Shown here one piece after another: positions 35,602 through 49,622 of a stretch of DNA of 64,000 bases. The notes beneath the pieces were generated by a model. The model worked only from the letters and a program-made list of their open reading frames with translations. It did no database searches and was not told where the DNA came from. This stretch comes from Selaginella moellendorffii (taxonomy: Eukaryota; Plantae; Lycopodiophyta), in NCBI RefSeq assembly GCF_000143415.4, contig NW_003314268.1, positions 1,348,672 to 1,412,671 of the forward strand. The letters are read 5' to 3'. The translations under genes were made by a program, and so were the position numbers. Within the stretch, counting starts at the first letter, position 1, and each line of letters opens with the position of its first letter.

Positions 35602-37952
35602 ATGGCGTCGCTCGATCACAGGGAAGCACGGCGAGCACAGGTGCGCTGGGCTAGAATCGAGGGGCTGAGCCCGGTGTTGCCGATTCCACGCGATAATCTG
35701 GGCCTCGGCGGTGCTGGATTGGGATTCGCGAGCATCAGCTTGTTTGGACGCCGCAAGCCAGAGAATGCGGGCCGGGAGGAGGCTGCTCCGGCTCAAGCGG
35801 TGCCATACTCGCCGAAGCGCGGGACGTATGCGCATGACGCTCTACAGCGGAGGTTTAAGGTGGGATTTTAGATTGTTTTGTTTATTCCCATGCCGTGACG
35901 AAGGAAGATCTTTGTCTTTGGCTCTTTCAGGAGCTGGACAAGCAAAACGCTGGGCACATAAGCGAGAATGATCTGAAAGCGGTGCTCAAGAGCCTCAATC
36001 TCCCATCGTCGGAAGAGGTACTAAAATTCGGTGCTGTTAAGTGTTTGTTTTCTATTATCTCTTTGGTGTTGTGACGTTTTCTATGCACAGAATGTTCAAG
36101 AGTTTCTCGATTCGCTTGGTGGCAATACTGTGCCATTTGATCAGTTCGCGGAGTACGCTGTTAGCCGAGAAAACCTCCTGTTTGATACCTTCAGAGAGCT
36201 CGACAAGAATAACGTACGAATCATATCATGTCCGTCTAGTTCTTATTGTTCTCTGTTGTCTGTTTGGCTTGCAACAGACAGGATACCTTACTACGAACGA
36301 AATAAAAGCCGCGTTGGTGAAATACAAGTTCCGGTAGGCTGTGCAAAGTATGTGAATTGCGAAGTCTCTCTCTCGGTTTTCTTTTTTTTTTTTGCGTTTC
36401 AGGTTTTCGGACAGTGATCTGCAAGCACTTGCTCGGACCTACAGCAAAGTTGGTGCTGGTCCTTTTGATGAAAACCAGCTCTTTGATTTTGCTGATTACA
36501 GGTAATTCATATGCATTCTCGGTACTGGTGGTTGCGACTAAGAACTGAATTTTTACTGCAGGAATTGCTTGATGGCGTACAGTCAAAAGGATCTGATAGA
36601 CGCGGATCAAGTTTGGGCTCGAGCTGCGATAGATGTAGGGGACGTGGATACATCTTTCCCTCTTATATCTGCGAAGAAAGGAAAAGCTGGCGACCTCCTC
36701 CTGTCGAAGGACAAGATATTGAAGCATTTGTCTCTTGGTGTGCTTGCCTCCGCAGTAACGAGGACGCTCGTGGCACCTCTGGAACGTGTGAAGGTACTAC
36801 TCTTTTCACACCTTCCGAACATGACAAGAATTTGTTTGGCTGAAATTGCAGCTTCTCTCAACGGTGGATTCCAATATTGCTTTTGGGAAGGCTTTCGAAG
36901 AAATCCGGAAGTAAGCGGTTCTACTTACCTGGTTGCAGTTGCTGACATCACTTAGTGCTTGACTGCAGGGACGAGGGGTTTCAAGGACTTTTTAGAGGCA
37001 ACTTACTGAATGTGGCCCGCGTGATTCCAACCAGGGTGCGACTTGCAAAACTCAAATTTGTTTCGCTTTGTTGACTGTTTGCATGTGTAGGTCGTGGAGT
37101 TCCTTGTTTATGACAAACTTAAAGAAACGCTGCTGAGTAAAAGAAAGCAGTCAGAGATTTCTAATTTCGATCGCTTACTTTTGGGGACGTTTGCGTCTAT
37201 GGCTGGTGTTATTGCGGGGTATCCTCTGGATACCATGAGAACGGTTCTAGCGTCACAATTACCAAACAGGCATGTGGACGACTTGATGGTAAAATCTGCT
37301 TTGGACAATGGCGGATTTCTAAACTTGTACAGAGGCCTTATACCCAACTTGGTACGTAGTTTTACGAGCTGCGCTGTTTGCAATCTCTGATCCCTGAGTG
37401 TTTATTTGGCAGGCGAGGGCAGTACCATATACTCTGATAACTTTCACTGTATTTAATCATTTGCAAGAACGTCATAGACAAAAGACTGGTCCTGGTGGCG
37501 AGATTAAAACTTCCGTGGATGCTTTATTCGGGTAAGCGTTGTCTTACATTTTTGTGAAACCTGGTTTGACACGCGCTTGGCCATTTTCCACTTTAGGATA
37601 GTGGCGGCTACGGCGGCACAGACCCTGGTGCATCCTCTCGAAGTGGTTCAACGGAGGTTGCAGGTATCGTTGAGAGAACTTTGACCTGGATTAATTACTT
37701 GTACAGGCTGAGACTGCAAAGCAAGGAGTACTGGTATACAATAACATGATAAATGCTTTCCAAGTTATCCTTGAAAAGGAGGGTGTAAATGGCCTTTATT
37801 CAGGTATGTCGTGAATACTTTCGTTCTGTTTTGACTTGAGAAATGTTACAGGGTTGGCCGCAAGCTATGTCAAAATTGTTCCTGCGACTGCGATCTCCTT
37901 ACTCCTGTATAAAGCGCTCAAAGAAAAGCTCGACGATAGGCAGAGGCGATAA
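35602..37952 (+). CDS. Ca2+-binding (EF-hand) mitochondrial carrier, SCaMC/ATP-Mg:Pi carrier-like; multi-exon
   Basis: EF-hand-like ELDKQNAGHISENDL and FRELDKNN.GYLT. Three carrier signatures PLERVK, PLDTMR, PLEVVQR. GLFRGN, LYRGL, KIVPA. Short GT-AG introns, stop at 37950-37952. Confidence 0.88.
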
Positions 37953-39907
37953 GGTACTGCACGGTTTGTTTTCTGAGTGCCTCAAAATGGTTCATCTGCA
38001 GGTTTGGCGAGTCACGTGTTCACTGTTTTAGCTGCTTCCATTGTGGAAACTACTTATTGAACCACAGCTTCCGAAAACAGTTTGAACGACTTGATTAGTC
38101 ACACGACTTGGGAGCCTGAAAAGGAAGGCCTTCAGGTATGCCTTCGGCAATATACGCTGAAAACCTTGTTTCTTTGGAATTACTAGATTTGCTCCTGCAA
38201 CTAGCAAAGTCACCTGGTTCTATATCCACAAGACCATTAGAAGTAAAGTTCACGTACTCAATGAGCTTATCTCTCCGGTATGCGCCTGTACTTCTTTTGG
38301 TTTTTGCACGCGATCTTTGTGTCTTGTGCAACGTTTGTACATTGTTTAAGACGGTTCTCTGACGAAAAGTTGCACAAGGCATGACGATTGCGAGATGTTT
38401 CGAAGGCTAGAGCATAGGCTTGCTGGTAGTGGTCGGCAATGGTGATCTGGAGGAGAGTATTCTAAGATGATCGCGGCTGGCTGGTGACAATAGTTCCCGC
38501 GGCTAGATAGGCAGGAAGTTGAAGCGTCACGCTTGAGAGTTCCGGGTAGCAGAAGGAACACAGGGACATTGTTGGGGCTGCATATGGACAGGATCAATCA
38601 GGGAAAAGCTAGCTAGCAGCAAAGCGAGCTGTGGTACCGTCGAAATGAGAAGTTGGCGAAATGTGACGAAGAAGGGTCGTCCAACAGAAGGGACGTATCA
38701 AAGTCCGGGAAAATGGAAAGACCCAAGGAAAAGGAAGGCGGAGGCAGCCACGCGTTGGACGCAGACTGGAAATTCCAATGAATGCGCGTGTTGGGCGTCT
38801 CCAGACAACGACGAGGACGTTGATAAGTTAAATCAATATGAAGTACCAGGTAGCAAGCAAGCCAAGCAGAAGAGGCAGGGGGAGAGGAAAATCACAAGAG
38901 AAATGATAAGCTCCGCGATTAGAAGGCTGATGGTGGTGCATTTGGTGACGAGGAAAGGAGGCAGCAGAGTAGCAGCAGTAGCAGTGGCAGAAACAGCAGT
39001 AGCAGAGGAGCAACTCATCAGGCACAGACCACCTCTTTAGTGTTTTTCTTTTATGCTGTTCTTGCTGGCTATGGTGGGGAGAGGTGGGAAGCTTGGGGAA
39101 GTGTCACATACACAGGGAAGAGAAAGAACAGATGAAGGATTGAAGAAGAGGAGGCTGCTGTTGTACTAGACACACTCTAGTACAGAGGTTTGGACAGAAG
39201 GTCATAATTGGCATCATATGAATTCTCATCTCATGCAAGGAAAAACAGCAGCATTTAATAGCTGTCATGTGGCACACAAAGCTCACACACACACTCCCAC
39301 ACACTAAGTTTGGGAGCTGGCATTGGTGGGGAGAAGAGGCAGGCATTGTTTGCATGCTCAGTAAATGAATGCCCAGGATATTCTCTTAGCTTGTAAGAGC
39401 ATCATTGCATGGTTCCCAAGTGGAAAGGTGGTGGAGTTTTGGGGGTTAGAGACCTCTAGAGAGAGATTAGAACACATGTTTGCTATCTGATCGTTGGGGG
39501 CCATGAATTGATGAACTTCTTCACCCTCTGTGAAAAGGATTGTCTGTGTACACAGCCAGCAAGCAAGCAACCAGGGGTTTCAACTTTACAGTATTTATTT
39601 GCATAGATTAGGAGGAGCAGAGAGGCAAGGACAAATTTGTTCCAGGCTAGTGACAATGGCAAGGCTCTCAACCAAGAACAAGAACAATTTCTCTTTGCAG
39701 CAGCAACAGTCAAATAGTGGAGGGGAGACTGCTGTTGCTGGTGCCACCCAATGTTAGGCTGGCCGCCTTCACTACCCTTGCTCTCAACTCTTTCTCTCTC
39801 ATTTTATAAGACAACTGTTGGAATCCTGCACCAAGTATATATAATATTATTATATATTTCCTAGTTTTCTGTTCTGGTTGCAGTTTAAAATTCCAAATTC
39901 AGGACTC

Positions 39908-39968
39908 TTTGTATGATATGTGGAGTGTTTTCTCTTTCTTGTATGATATGTGGAGTGTTTTCTCTCTG
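39908..39968 (+). repeat. Two-copy ~30-bp tandem repeat
   Basis: ttgtatgatatgtggagtgttttctct repeated twice. Confidence 0.85.
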
Positions 39969-41678
39969 CTGTGCATGGCTGCCAACGTTTTTAAAGCGCC
40001 CCCCTCCTCCCACCTGTGGAAAGGAAGTTAGGGATGTGGCTGAAATTGGCCTGTTATTGTTGTTTGTTTGTTTGCTTGCTTCTAGCCTAGTGGTCCACCT
40101 TTGACCGCACCCCTCCACCCTTTTGTTTTGCTTGGCATTATTCTTACCTTTTATCACCACAACTGCTAGCCATGCAACCAAAGATCTCAGGAGAAAAAGA
40201 GGTGTGTGTTTTGTGGGTGGTAAAAGATTGAGATGAAATGAGAGAGAGAGGCCCCAGCCAGCCAAGCAATAGCTACATTCATTCAATTCAAATCTTTTGG
40301 GCATTCTTTACCACCTTTTTGCAACATCTGACCGGGCGCGTCCGTACCGTGGATCTGGGCCCGGGATTTAGCACGCCCATCGAAAGTGAGATGGTTGACG
40401 ACGAGGGGAAGAATACTGAGCATCTGGATTGCCCTGAAATTTTGGGAGTGATGCGATCTTGGTGGTGGTGTATTTCCACGAGCCTTTCCTTTAGGTGGAG
40501 GCGGGTGAAAAAGTCTCTCGCCCAAAATTCAACAGGCTGGAAAGGCAACGAGTTCTCAGCCTTTCAAGAACTTGAGATGACAAGAGTATACGGAAGAGGA
40601 AGAATTTCCAGCTCCATGCTCGTTTACGTTTCGTTCGTTCTATCCATCAATCAATCAATCAAGCCATCCAAGGTAGAGATTTGGGCACAAATGTGGTAAG
40701 AAAAAGGTGGTGCGGCTGGCTTTTCATTGCATTCTAGGCAGCTACTAGCTGCTAGCCAGCTACAAGAATTCATGTAAAGCGCAAAAAAAAAAAAAACAAA
40801 AAAAAAAGAGAGAGTGGTCACTTCATTTGTTTTGTCCTTGCCTCTTTTTTCTTCGATTTCGTCCCCAACGGGCAGCGAAAATTCGTCCCCTAGCTAACCT
40901 AAAATCTACGCATCAGTCAAATCTAGAAGCCCTCTCGCACCAGGAATATCCCTCCACGTTTTGAAATTCAAAGGCTTTGGCGCGCGCGCGAAGTGCGGAG
41001 ATTGGACGATCGACCGAATCGAATTCTTCCCGGCGAGTGAGGCGAGTGGAGGAGAGGAGAGTGGAGTGGAGCGAGTGAAATCGACCCACACGACTTTGGA
41101 GTGGGCGCGGCAATGATTAATCATTGAATACAGGGAGATTTTCCCAGCCGGAGGTACAAGGCATGGCGGCCAGAAGTGCCCAGAAAGAGCAACAAGCAAC
41201 GACGAACAAGGAACAAAGGAACGGAAAAAGCAACACGGCAGATAGCAGCACAGCTAGTGCTAGAAGAGCCAAAAAAGATAGAGAAAGCAAAAGCAAAACA
41301 AAACACCCCCTCAAGATCTGGACAGACAAAGCCTGCGCAGGGAGGAAAGCAAAGAAAAGGAGAAATTTCATCATCGCTCACTACGTCTCTCAGATCCCCT
41401 CCTTGTCTCTCGCGAGAAAAAGCTACTCCATGCGTGCTCAAAGGAGGGAGGAAAAGAATTTCAAAGGAAAAAGGAACAAAGAAGAAGAAAAGGAGAGACA
41501 AGAAAAAAAATCACCACCTTCGCTGCAATCTACAAACAATGTTAGCCGCTACTCTTCTCCGGAACCAATTCGCGCATCCATCGTCCAATCCTCTCTCGCC
41601 CAATTCCCAGCTCTCGATGGAGAAAATCTCCACGACCCAAGACCCAAAATCCTCCCAGGACCCAGGGCGCTCGCTCTC

Positions 41679-44327
41679 CTAGATGCTCGAATTGGACGTG
41701 CCCACCGCGGCGCCGCGCACCCACCGCCAAAAGTACTCCCCGCCGCGCAGCCCAATGACGCTGGGCGGGCGGTCGCTCCTCGCGCTCGCCATCACCGTAC
41801 GGTAGACGTACAGCATATCCACCGTATATTCGTCCTCCGTGCTCTCCTTGACGAGCTCCACGTTGAGCCATGGCAGCTTCTTGGACAGCTCGTCGCAGCC
41901 GGCGATGCTCACCCGGCAGCCCGAGAGCCAGAGGAAGCGCATCGTCTCGTAGCGCTCCAGCCCCGCCAGGAGCGCGCGATCGCCAAACGGGCAGTCGCGG
42001 ATCTCCAGCTTGCGGATCTTGGTGCATCCCCGGAACACCGCCTCCAGTCCCACATCGCTGTCCGCCGCGAACGCCACCGAGAGCGTCTCCACGTTCTTGC
42101 CGAATTCGCCGATGTACTGGAAGGCGCGATCGGTGAGCAGGCCCGAGACCGCGAGGCGCTTGAGCTCCTTGCAGTTCTTGACGATGGCGCCGAATCCCTC
42201 GTCCAGCGGCTCGCCTGTGACGTGATCCGGCTGCCGGGTGGTGATGATGCACAGGCGGAAGCGGCGCATCTTGGAGCAGGCGCGCGACATGGCAGTGATG
42301 GCCGAGTTCGTCATCCGGCGGCAGAAGTAGAGGATCGAGGAGAGGTTGGCGCAGCCCTCGGAGATGGCGAGCAGGCCTTGCTCGGTCACCACGCCAACGC
42401 CCTCGTGATCCGCCGGGAACACCCGCAGCTCGCGAAGATCCTTGCAGGTGTTGGCCACGATGCGCAGCCCCGCGTCCTCGACATTGTCCTGGAGCTGCGA
42501 CCAGGGGAGAAAAGCAAAAGTGAGATGGATGGATCACGGATCGATCGATCGAGAGAATGCATGGGCTTTTTGACTAGATCGATCGAGAGCGAGCGAGAGG
42601 CTGCTTGCCTCCATTCATGAGCGAATGAATCGCAAGCAATCATGATGCAAGAGAAGGGATGCCAATGGCCACACCAGCAAAAACCGAAAAAGCAAAAAGG
42701 AGCAAAAGTCAGAGAGGCTCGCATGTTCATTGTTCAGAATCAAACCATCACGCAGAAGGGGAAAAAAAAAAAAAAAAACGAGAAAAGAAAAGAGAGAACA
42801 CCAGAGAAGGGGACAGCCACAAATCGACCTGGAGACGACCCAAGAGGCAAAACTCAGCGCAACCCAGCTCGTGATTCCCGCGGCCGGGTATAACCCATCA
42901 AGGAAATCGCGAATGCACGCCCGTAACAAGGAGCCCACGATTGAGATCACACCCAACCAAAAAGAAACGCAAAAAAAAAAACAAACAAAAACACCGCACA
43001 AAAGCAGGGGATCACATACCATCAATGCACGCACACGAACACTACTACTACTACTAAAAGCTCGCCTCGATCGATCAATCACCATGGAGCAACAAGACGC
43101 CATAGAACCATGAGAAATCCAAGAGCGAGAGCGAGAGCGAGAGAGACTTACCCACAACCTCTGGAGCTTGTGGCAGTGGCTGAGCAGCTGGAGGAGATCC
43201 GCGTTGCGGAGGTTGGCGTAGCTGAGGTTGAGCGAGAGGAGGTTGAGGCAAACCGGGTAGAGCGCGATGAGACACGGCGGCTCCGCCTCCCAGATCCCGG
43301 ACAAGCTCTGCAGCTTGGTGCAACTCGAGAGGCACGCACCCAGGTCCTGAATCCGCTCCCACTGAATCATCTCCTGCTGCTCCGGAGCCGGCTGCGGCGG
43401 CTGCACCTGCACCTGCACCTGCATCTGCGCCTGAAGCTGCTGCGGAAGCGGAAGCGGAAGCCCGCCTACGCCAACTGCTCCGCCGCCGTTAAGGTTCCCG
43501 ATGCCGCTCATCGAGCCCGTGCCCAGATCCGTGAGCTGCGGCCCGCAGCGGTGGAGCAGCTTCTGCAATTGCCACAGCGCCACCTTTTTGTTGAGGCCCA
43601 GGCTCCGGAGCTGCGGGTTGCGGGCGACCAGCGCGTCCAGGGCGTCGAAGTCCACCGCCGCGTCCAGGCAGGAGAAGTGGAGCGCGAGGAGCGAGGTTGT
43701 GCTGTCCGGGAAGGCGCTGATCCAGTCCACGCTGCTGTGATCCTCCACCAGGCTCTCCTGGAGGTTGAGCTCCTGCAAGTTCCTGGAGAGATCATCACGG
43801 CGATGGCGATGAGCATTCAATCAATCCGTCCAGAGGAGAGGAGATGCTTACCGGCAGTTCCTGGCGATGGAGGCGAGGCCCTTGGTGCTGAAGCCGTCGC
43901 AATTGTTGAGCACGATGACGCGGAAGCCTGGGAAGGAGGTGGCGAGGAGATCGAGCGCCTCGTCGCTCACGCACATCCGCTTGAGGCGGAGCTCCTCAAG
44001 CGGGAGTGACGCGTGCGCGAAGGTGACGATCCATGGCAGGAGGTAGGCTCCCCAATGCGGGGGCAAGAGATTGAAATCCGCGAAGCGCGGCTTGCCCTTG
44101 AGCGTGAGGGAGCGCACCTTGGGGAAGCGTCGCGCGACGAGCTCCGGCGAGACCGAGTAGCAGTTGCCGATGAAGAGGTTGGCGCGGCTGGCGGCCTCGG
44201 CCTTGTACCACGACTTGCAGACGAGCGACACCGAGTTGCGATCGCGGTGGGAGGAGAGGAAGACGAGGACGTGCTCGAGGATGTCGTCCGGGAACTCGTA
44301 CACCATGTCTCGGGCGAAGCCTCTCAT
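41679..44327 (-). CDS. TIR1: TIR1/AFB auxin receptor F-box LRR protein; exons 44327-43852, 43782-43152, 42494-41679
   Basis: [75 protein letters not shown]. Conserved two-intron structure. Confidence 0.96.
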
Positions 44328-47300
44328 CAAAGCCCGGCGATTGGAAGCGATCTAGCTTGAAGAGTGGGGGTGGAGAAACAGGGGAGCGGTGGATCAATCG
44401 GCGGGATTTGGCGCGTGGGTTCGCGAGTGGAGGGCTGCTCCTGGCGATTGGGAGGATTCTAGAGCGACCCAAGTCCCTATCTCCAGCTGTTCTTGTCTCC
44501 TGGCAGGACCCATCAAGACCAAATCCCTCTCGCTCTCTCGCTCTTCCAAGTTGCGTTTGAATCCACCAGCATCTGTGTCTCTCCCCGGCCGCGATCTAGC
44601 TAAGCACAGCTATGGCCGCGTGGGATCCCTTGGAACCCCCGACCACCAGCACAAGCCACAGCGCGCTTGTTCTTTTGCTTGTTCTTCCGTCTCTCCTTTA
44701 TCCCCTCCCCCCCCTGTTCTTGCGCTCGCTCGTCGGTGCCACCCACTGTATCAGACACCTATTCGCTGCTGGTGGTCCGTCCTCCTCATCCATTCTCGCC
44801 ATTCCCGCCGGGTCAAAGCGCCCAGATCGCCGAATCCATCTCCTCCATCGCCGCAAGAACGACCACCCGATCAAAATCAATCAATCAACCTATCACCGCT
44901 TTCCTTGTCTTCCCTCTCCAGGATCGAGAAGAGGAACTCTCTAGCTAGCACCAATTTCTTGGCTCTCGCTCGCATCGCTCGCTCTCTCGCGACTCGCGAG
45001 CGACAAAAAAAAAAAACATAAGAAAAAAACACACACACTCACACCCTTGATTTCGAGCACACTAAACTGGATTTGCGTCAAATCTTGGGGTACGCTTGGC
45101 TGTCGGATTTGAGAGCGCGACTGACGTCCGCCGGCCACCCGCCTCGTATAAAGCGGGAAAACGGACCGTATCTCGCATTAACCACGCCGTAGCGTACTGC
45201 TCTACATACAGCCCTAAGCACCCGGCGAATATTCGGGCTTGCGCTGGTCAAGCCTTTGACCGCATATTCCGCCAAAGATGCGCCCCTCTAAATGGCCCAT
45301 CATAAATTTTTGTGCCACGTTGGTACTTGGAAAAGTAGCCGTAGCATTGTGCATGATCATCATCAGCCAACGTACTTACTATCATTCGGGCGAGAAAATA
45401 AAAGGAAAATTCTCCAAGGTGTTTTGCCTGCTATGGTTAAGATTTGGTAGAGATTTTTTATTTTTTTTAGAAGTTTGCTTCGCGGATCCCCCATTCAGGC
45501 TCGATCAGGCATGTCGGCGTCTCATTTAAATCGCTGTTCTAGCCTGCTTTTGTTCGTGTCTCGAGTTTTATGATCCGATCGGTGTAAGTAGCTGCTAACT
45601 TTGAGATGAAATGTCCACTCTCGGCTCAACTCAACTCGATGCGATGCGAAGACAATGCTGCGCTAAACTCGCTGGTTCGTCCTAGTAATCCAAAATGGGT
45701 ACTTTTACCTCGTAAGTTTTTCCGTGTAGCGAAGCTCGCGCTCGCAGTCCTTTCAATCGATTTAACAATCGATCCTGTTGCAGAGGCAGCAGCGGCGGAG
45801 ATATCTGCATGAGAGCCAAGCAAAAAACTCGTGAATGCAGTGAGACTCGACGAAATCATGCTTACCAGTGCCACAACTCCATAGTTTAGCTTTAAAAAAC
45901 CTACCTCGATCGATGGCTGATAGATGGGCAGAACGTTTTTCTCGCCCAGCCATGGCGGACCAGAAGCTAGCCCCTCTCCTTTGCCTCTCTGCCAAAGCCG
46001 TGCCTTGTGTGAGTGAGACGAAGAACGAAGAAGATGGAAGCAAAAGGAGTGATAGCTTACTTATTTACTCGCTCCTCCTTTCAAGGCACGATGAAAAATG
46101 ATATCTTATGATCGCTGCTGCTACCTCTGATTCCTGGAGTCTCTGCTCGCTCGCTGCTCGCATTTCTGTGCATGGCGATCAATGCAATGCCTCTTTCCAG
46201 TCTGGACTGATCCAACTCCGATCTGATTGATCGTTTGATTCTTCCGAAATCCCTCCAGGAAATAAAAACTCTCCCCTCGCCATAGGTGGTGGGGAGGAGC
46301 TTGTGTATTCCTTCACTTTCTCCAGTTGCTATATATACATACCTCTTCCTTTTGCGCTGGTCAGTGGTGGTGGATGATTGATATAAAAACCTTGCATGGT
46401 TTTTCTTTGCGCTCGCCTCGTTTTCTGAGACAAAATCGACAAAAGTAAGTGAGGAATCCAACAGCAGCAGCGACTCTAAACGCAAATCCCTCTAGCTAAG
46501 CTAAAGAATGCTTGTTTATTTTTGTGATCTTCTCGGAGCACGAGGATCATGACGAGTAACTCTCATGATCTCCTCTCGCTGGTTTGATCCCAAGCACTAG
46601 ATGGGTCGTGAGAGAATCGAGCAGTGACGCTACATACCTTGGATCCGAGGACGAGCGTCATGACCCAGCAGCGTCGTCATCGCGAGGGACCAGCGATTAT
46701 AGCCGAAAACCCTGCCAACATTTTAACACGCTCTCAAGTTTTTGCATAAACAAAACCTCTTACGGAAAAGCGCGAGCAAACAAGAAGAAGAAGCGTCGAT
46801 TACTTTATTCCCTGCGGCTTTTGCTTCTCAGGAATGATTGAAGCGAAGCTTCTTTCCTTCGCAGAGAGAAAAAGATATAAAAAAACGAAAGGAAAAACAA
46901 ATTTTTAGACGAAGATGAGGAAGAAAGAAGAAGAACCTCGCATTGAAACAATGATTGTGTTCGTAGGAGAACTTGCATCGTCTCGTCGCCAAGGAGAAAT
47001 AATTTAATCTTCTTTCTCCCAGCGAATAAACTCCGCTTTTCTCTTTCGTTTAGCGGCTGTTCATGATGGTCCAGATTTAATTCCGGTGCTCCATTTGTGG
47101 TAGCTGCTTTTTTGACTTGGATAAACAAATACTTCCACCCCAAAGTTGCTGCGTTCATCTGGGAGATTTTCGTGCAAGACCAATGGGAGGAAAAAGCGAA
47201 AGCTCTCTGTGAAATGCAGCAGCAAAAATATACGAATCAATCAAGCAATCAATGCCGAATTGAAAAAGTCGCTCGCGTACCTCTGAGAAGTTTGTTTCTT

Positions 47301-47339
47301 TTTTCTTTCTATTGCCTGTTCCTTTTTCTCCATTGGCAA

Positions 47340-49389
47340 CTAACCGGCCAGAGCGACGAGGCTTTGCTGGACAACGGGAACTGCGGCCACCACCGACGAG
47401 ATTATTCCCGTGAGAGCATAAGCTATCGCACAAAACGGTAGTGCCTCGGGTTCTTTTGCGGATAGCGCTGCAGTGCCTAATCCATGAGCACTGGCAAGAA
47501 GAAAAAGAAGAAGAAGGATCAGGACGATGATGAGACATTAAAGTTCACGCATTTTAAAATGCAAACCTGGAAGCTGTAGCCATCCCTCTAGCAATCGGGT
47601 CGTCCAGTTCGAGCTTATCCATTAATGTCTGCGCGAAGTTTGCTCCGACAAGACCGGTCAACACCACAACTGCTGCTGTCAACGATTGATTTTGAGCTGT
47701 AGAAAATACCTGGGAGCTTACAAAACGATTCAATAGCAGGATAAAGTGAAAAGCAAACCTTCGAGTAGAGACGAGATTGGCAGCGCTAAAGCAACAGTAA
47801 CACATCTCGGTACTATAGCTCGAGTGAATTGTCCGTCCAGGCCGAGGACTCGTCCAGCTGCTGCGGTGGAATACAGAGAAAAAAGCGACGATGCAATAAC
47901 TGCTGAAAAAATCTCCGCGGCGTGCCTCTTGACAAGCTGAGTTTGGAAGAAACAAATTACTCTAAGTGAATGAACGAACGAGTCATATAAGATCTTACAG
48001 AAACGTCACCTTTCTTTGACGAAACATCGAGAACGAGAAAGAGAGAATCACCGAACCAAGAAATCCCATGAGCAAGTCACCGGCACCAGGATCCCTAGGA
48101 TTCTTTGTCAAATAAGCTCCTGACAAAGAGGAATTTGACAAAACACGAATAAGTTGCAAAACAGGTTGCACAGGAAGTGTACCTAGTATTGATTCGAATC
48201 CTCTTTGCGTGAAAAGGCCGAGCAAGAACGCGGCCAGGTCTGCAGCTATAGCACAGCACACAATCGGATGGAGCACCTTCTTAAGATCCGCTGGGAAGCT
48301 ACAGCAGACAATGAAACAAAAAGTCGGTTAGAACTAAAGTTGGACGAGCAAACCTTGAGCCCAGCATATATCCGAGAACAGTTGCTGCAAGTAGAAAAGG
48401 CAGCGCTGTTGCTGGAAATGATCCAAGAGCCCCGGGAGACAAAACCGCTAGACCAAACGACAATACAAACACGATGGACCAGGCTGTTATCTCTTTCGTT
48501 GTGAATGGAGCAGGCTTTGGAGTCGGCTCCGTGGGCTCTAGCTTGGTTCGAACGATTCCCCTGACAGCCACCGCAGTGTATCCCGCCACAGCCAAAGTTG
48601 CAGCCCATCCAAAAACTGCCAAGGAACAAACTATATCAGTAATGCCAAAACTTGAAACAGTTCTTTTATCTTACCGAGAATGGCACCAATCTTTGCACCA
48701 GCGGACGCAGGAATACCTTTGGTTGCAAGTGGAATGACGACCAAGGAAGGCACATAAAAAAGTGGCAGCCATCTTTGTATGAACGTGATCGCTGGAGAAA
48801 AAAAGGAGACCACCGACGCAGCCGAGTCGGGTGATGCCGCGTCCAAAACGTTGAGGATGACGAAGATGCAAAACATCCCAAACAACGCACTTGGAAACTT
48901 TATCGACGCTGAAACGAAGAGTTTCTTGAGTAGCTTATCCAGTCCCAGGAAAATTCCCAGTGACACTCCCAGATGAGCCACCTACATTTGCAAGAAAACT
49001 TCAGTACTTCGAGAACTTGGCCGATAGAAAAAAAGAAAACGAAAACGAAAACCTGGATCTACCTAGGACAAAAACTCAAAAGAACTTACTCAGATCTCTC
49101 AACATAGAAGAAACATTACCTGCGTGAGTGCCAGAGAAGAAGCTCTCCCTTCTCCACTGTTGTGTCCTTCGGTGCTCGAGGATCTTCGCACGAGAACGAG
49201 ACGACGATTTCTTCCCGAGAGCGCAAGTAAGTTACTCTGGATGTCCAGTCCTCCACCACCACCAAGTCTCGAGAGAAGAACACGACCAGTTCCACTTCGA
49301 TTTCCAGGCTCGCAGGTATTTCTCTTCCATTTCTCTGGAGGATGGCAGCTCGGGCGAGGAGATCTGAGACTTAAACTCAGCAATGCCAT
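47340..49389 (-). CDS. PLGG1: Plastid glycolate/glycerate translocator (LrgA/LrgB-like); multi-exon
   Basis: Transit peptide, IKFPSALFGMFC, FIQRWLPLFYVPSLVV, GAGDLLMGFLGSVILSF, LTGLVGANF, PIARGMATASSAHGLGTAALSAKEPEALPFCAIAY. Confidence 0.95.
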
Positions 49390-49622
49390 CGAATCTACGT
49401 ACCAATCGGCTACCAGGGATCCACTGTTCTTCCCGTCTCTTATCTCGTGAAGCCCAGACCTGTGGAAGAAAAAAATTCTTCTATCTTAAAAAACCACCCA
49501 ATAAAACCATGCCACTTCTTTTGTCGGGACCACGACACATACCTTTAAGTGTAACCGAAGGAAAAAAAGAGAAACCCTTGCTCCTCCTCTCCGTCGATTG
49601 ATCGCTCCAGCTCCATCGATTG

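Larger units (their letters stand above)
32460..38918 (+). repeat. Segmental duplication copy 2 (complete)
   Basis: Matches 13150-16998 at both ends and retains the full carrier gene. Confidence 0.93.

Noticed and set aside
38028-40700. Short ORFs between the carrier gene and TIR1 (e.g. 38645-39040, 40238-40699)
   Set aside because: No recognisable motif or consistent splice structure. The duplicate at 16700-17000 is altered. I saw no conserved miRNA sequence.
41124-44472. Long + strand ORFs (498, 299 aa) opposite TIR1, and similar ORFs opposite DCAF13, the CCR kinase and the Ser-rich gene
   Set aside because: Antisense shadows of GC-rich coding sequence.
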